Below, one piece after another: positions 61,367 through 64,000 of a stretch of DNA of 64,000 nucleotides. A program made the translations under genes and the position numbers. The DNA lies in contig OZ244905.1 in assembly GCA_965221695.1 (NCBI GenBank), forward strand, positions 768,001-832,000. Direction: 5' to 3'. The DNA comes from Gammaproteobacteria bacterium (GTDB taxonomy: Bacteria; Pseudomonadota; Gammaproteobacteria; Eutrophobiales; Eutrophobiaceae). Under the pieces are notes generated by a model that searched no databases, was not told the DNA's origin, and was given only the letters and a program-made list of their open reading frames with translations. Each line of letters starts with the position of its first letter. Position 1 is the first letter of the stretch.

Positions 61367-63785
61367 TTAATTTTGACATGTTCAGCGGGTCGGGAAGCGG
61401 TTGAGCGCACGGCGCTGACAAAACAGCGTTGAAATCTGCCTCATCAACGCCCTGGCTTTGTCGATGAACAGGCAGTTCCGCATCAACATCGGCCTCTGTC
61501 ACCGCTTGGTAACGGGTAGTGCGCTGTTGCGGCAACCTGTCTGCAGCAATGATCAGGCGACGTATATCCGCCACGGCAAACTCCTGCCCGTGGGCAGCCC
61601 CGGCCGCGCGGCTGATACTCTCGTTCATCAGGGTGCCGCCGAGGTCATTCACGCCCGCATCAAGGCAGGCTCTGATGCCCTCAACCCCCATCTTTACCCA
61701 AGAGGCCTGTATATTGGTGATATGCGGGTGCAACGCCAGTCTGGCCACTGCGTGCATCAACAGGGCTTCGCGCAAAGTCGGGCCTTTGCGCGCCCGGCCC
61801 TTGCGATACATGGGCGCTTCCATGTGCACGAAAGGTAGCGGGACAAACTCGGTAAAACCGCCCGTCTGCGCCTGCAAATCTCGCAGGCGCAGCAGGTGCC
61901 GCGCCCAATTCTGTGGCCCGTCCACGTGACCGAACATAATCGTGGCAGTTGACTGCAACTTCAGCGAATGAGCAGTTCTCATTACTTCAAGCCACTGCGC
62001 CGTATTCAGCTTGTCCGGGCAGATGAGCTGTCTGATTTCATCATCCAGGATCTCCGCCGCAGTGCCCGGCAGAGTCCCCAGGCCGGCCTGTTTCAGGCGC
62101 CGTAGATAGTCCTTGAGCGGCAGTCCCAGAGTCTCTGCCCCGTGCCGGATCTCCAGCGGCGAGAACGCATGCACATGGATGCGCGGCGCGGCCTCCTTCA
62201 CTGCTCGCACGATGGCAAGGTAGGTGTCTCCGGTATAATCAGGGTGAATGCCCCCTTGCAGGCAGACCTCGGTTGCGCCCCGTTGCCAGGCCTCGGCAAC
62301 CCGCGCCTGGATGTCCGCCAGGGGCAGGTTATAGCCGCGTTCGCGCAGGTTTTCCGCTACACGCCCCTTGGAAAACGCGCAGAATCCACAGCCAAAATAG
62401 CAAATATTGGTATAGTTAATGTTCCTGTTGACCACGTAGCTGACCGTATCGCCGTTCATAGTCCGACGCAGATCATCGGCGGCATGTATCACGGCATCTT
62501 CATCGGCGCCGCGGGCATTGAACAGCCGGATAATTTCAGTTTCATCAAGACGCGCGCCGGACTTGGCTTTGTCAATAGCAGCGCTGACGCTTGCTTGCGC
62601 AGACCGGCTACCGATTGCCCGCGTGACATGTAATACACCTGCCCCGTCCCCCATTCCCGGCGACCAGTCGTCCGGGCGAGCGAAACCGGCGGCATCGATT
62701 TTGCGCAACACATGAGTATGCAGAGCCGGGTCGATCCAGGCATCCCGTTGCCGGATATATGCCGGGTAAACGGGCAGTCTGGGCACGAGTGTCTTGCCGG
62801 CTACCTCGGTTGCGGCCCGCAACCGATCAAGCTGCGGCCAGGCCGCCTCCGGGTTGACATGGTCCAGGGTTACCGGTGAGACGCCGCCCCAGTCATTAAT
62901 CCCTGCGTGGATCAGTTCCGGTAGCGATTTGTCAAGGGTCAGGTTGGGCGGGGCCTGTATGTTCATATACGGACCGAAGATGATACGCGCCATGGCTATT
63001 GTCCAAAGCAGCTCTTCCAAACCGGGTTCCGGGGCATCATACATCTTCGTGCCCGGTTTGCGCCGGAAGTTCTGGATAATGATCTCCTGGATATGTCCAT
63101 GTATGTCGTGCAACGCTTTGAGGGCCAGCAATGCTTCCAGGCGTTCACGTCGGGTCTCGCCGATACCAATGAGGATGCCGCTGGTAAACGGCACGCGCGC
63201 AGCGCCGGCCGCGGCAATGCAGTCCAGGCGCGCCTGTGGCCGTTTGTCCGGTGAGCCATAGTGGGGGCCGCCTTTTTCACACAGACGCTGTGAACTGCTC
63301 TCCAGCATCAGTCCCTGGGATACCGACACCGGGCGCAGGTCGTCAAGTTCAGCGCGGGTCATCACACCGGGGTTCATGTGCGGCAGCAAGCCGGTCTCGT
63401 TCAGCGCCCGCTGCGCTGCCTCGCGCAGGTAAGACAGGGTCGAGCCATGGCCCAGCCCCTTCAGTTCCTCCCGCGCAACCTTGTAGCGCAGTTCCGGCTT
63501 ATCACCCAGGGTGAACAAGGCCTCGTGGCAACCTGCCTGCGCGCCGGCTCGGGCAATGGCCAGGACTTCTTCGATATTCATGTAGGCCCGCTGCCCGGCC
63601 CGCGGCGGTTGCGCAAACGTACAATAATGGCACACGTCGCGGCACAATTTTGTCAGCGGGATAAATACCTTGGGGGAATATGAAACTACTCTGCCATGAC
63701 CGTCATCGCGCAGGCTCGCCGCATGGTCCATCAACTCCCTTATATCACGACCGGACAAGGACAGGAGTTGATCAAGATTTAACAT
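61356..63785 (-). CDS. fbiC: Bifunctional FO synthase (CofG-CofH fusion) of F420 biosynthesis
   Basis: YSPKVFIPLT.LCRDVCHYC and YVVNRNINYTNICYFGCGFC (two radical SAM motifs), NDWGGVSP, PGTAAEILDD, NDLGGTLMNESI; start codon uncertain. Confidence 0.93.
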   Translation of the reverse strand: MLNLDQLLSLSGRDIRELMDHAASLRDDGHGRVVSYSPKVFIPLTKLCRDVCHYCTFAQPPRAGQRAYMNIEEVLAIARAGAQAGCHEALFTLGDKPELRYKVAREELKGLGHGSTLSYLREAAQRALNETGLLPHMNPGVMTRAELDDLRPVSVSQGLMLESSSQRLCEKGGPHYGSPDKRPQARLDCIAAAGAARVPFTSGILIGIGETRRERLEALLALKALHDIHGHIQEIIIQNFRRKPGTKMYDAPEPGLEELLWTIAMARIIFGPYMNIQAPPNLTLDKSLPELIHAGINDWGGVSPVTLDHVNPEAAWPQLDRLRAATEVAGKTLVPRLPVYPAYIRQRDAWIDPALHTHVLRKIDAAGFARPDDWSPGMGDGAGVLHVTRAIGSRSAQASVSAAIDKAKSGARLDETEIIRLFNARGADEDAVIHAADDLRRTMNGDTVSYVVNRNINYTNICYFGCGFCAFSKGRVAENLRERGYNLPLADIQARVAEAWQRGATEVCLQGGIHPDYTGDTYLAIVRAVKEAAPRIHVHAFSPLEIRHGAETLGLPLKDYLRRLKQAGLGTLPGTAAEILDDEIRQLICPDKLNTAQWLEVMRTAHSLKLQSTATIMFGHVDGPQNWARHLLRLRDLQAQTGGFTEFVPLPFVHMEAPMYRKGRARKGPTLREALLMHAVARLALHPHITNIQASWVKMGVEGIRACLDAGVNDLGGTLMNESISRAAGAAHGQEFAVADIRRLIIAADRLPQQRTTRYQAVTEADVDAELPVHRQSQGVDEADFNAVLSAPCAQPLPDPLNMSKLRKL

Positions 63786-63820
63786 GGATGCACAGGATAT
63801 ACAGGATAAGTAAATGTTAG

Positions 63821-63970
63821 GGAACATCTGATTAAGTCAGATGTTCCTACGATACAAGGATGTATCGGCAAAATCAATGCCTATAAGGCATTGATTTTGT
63901 GAGGAAAGCAAAAATCGCATTTTTGTTTTCCGTACTCTGACAAGTCCAGGATGGACTTGTCAGAGTTTCC
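63821..63970. mobile_element. Five-hairpin MITE, copy 3, nested in a family D repeat
   Basis: GGAACATCTG...CAGAGTTTCC with TTAG duplicated at 63817-63820 and 63971-63974; family D arms on both sides. Confidence 0.9.
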
Positions 63971-64000
63971 TTAGATTAATACATCCTGTATATCCATGTT

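Noticed and set aside
63786-63827. N-terminal extension of FbiC shown in the ORF track
   Set aside because: It is encoded by repeat D and MITE sequence

Overview
Fragment of a Gram-negative chromosome, probably a marine gammaproteobacterium (inferred from gene content only). It has five parts. (1) 0.2-11.7 kb: periplasmic or catabolic genes, namely a sulfatase, a Tat-subunit/GMC oxidoreductase pair, DUF6152 and its partner, an MFS transporter, an amidohydrolase and a TonB-dependent receptor (TBDR). (2) 11.7-35.7 kb: a haloaromatic catabolism region with a non-respiratory B12-type reductive dehalogenase, an HpaB/PheA1-type monooxygenase, an intradiol dioxygenase, two glutathione-dependent enzymes, a DUF1302/2xDUF1329/RND/YCF48 envelope module, the meta-cleavage lower pathway dmpCEFGH without an extradiol dioxygenase, and a divergent GntR regulator plus TBDR. 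(3) 35.7-39.5 kb: an operon of ECF sigma, dockerin-bearing anti-sigma, cohesin-like secreted protein and VIT-vWA lipoprotein. (4) 39.6-52.3 kb: a defence island with hicAB, an AT-rich 749-aa nuclease/PIN-like protein, a broken HEPN module, a type I RM system with an embedded IrrE-DUF4411 pair, and an orphan DUF433 gene. (5) 52.3-64 kb: an unassigned cluster (M24-fold protein, two ketopantoate-reductase paralogues, LeuA/NifV-like synthase, deacetylase), a TBDR, a structured intergenic region and the FO synthase fbiC. Intergenic DNA carries several palindromic repeat families, including a ~150-bp five-hairpin MITE with 4-bp target duplications. All family calls are by motif recognition by eye; no database searches were run.
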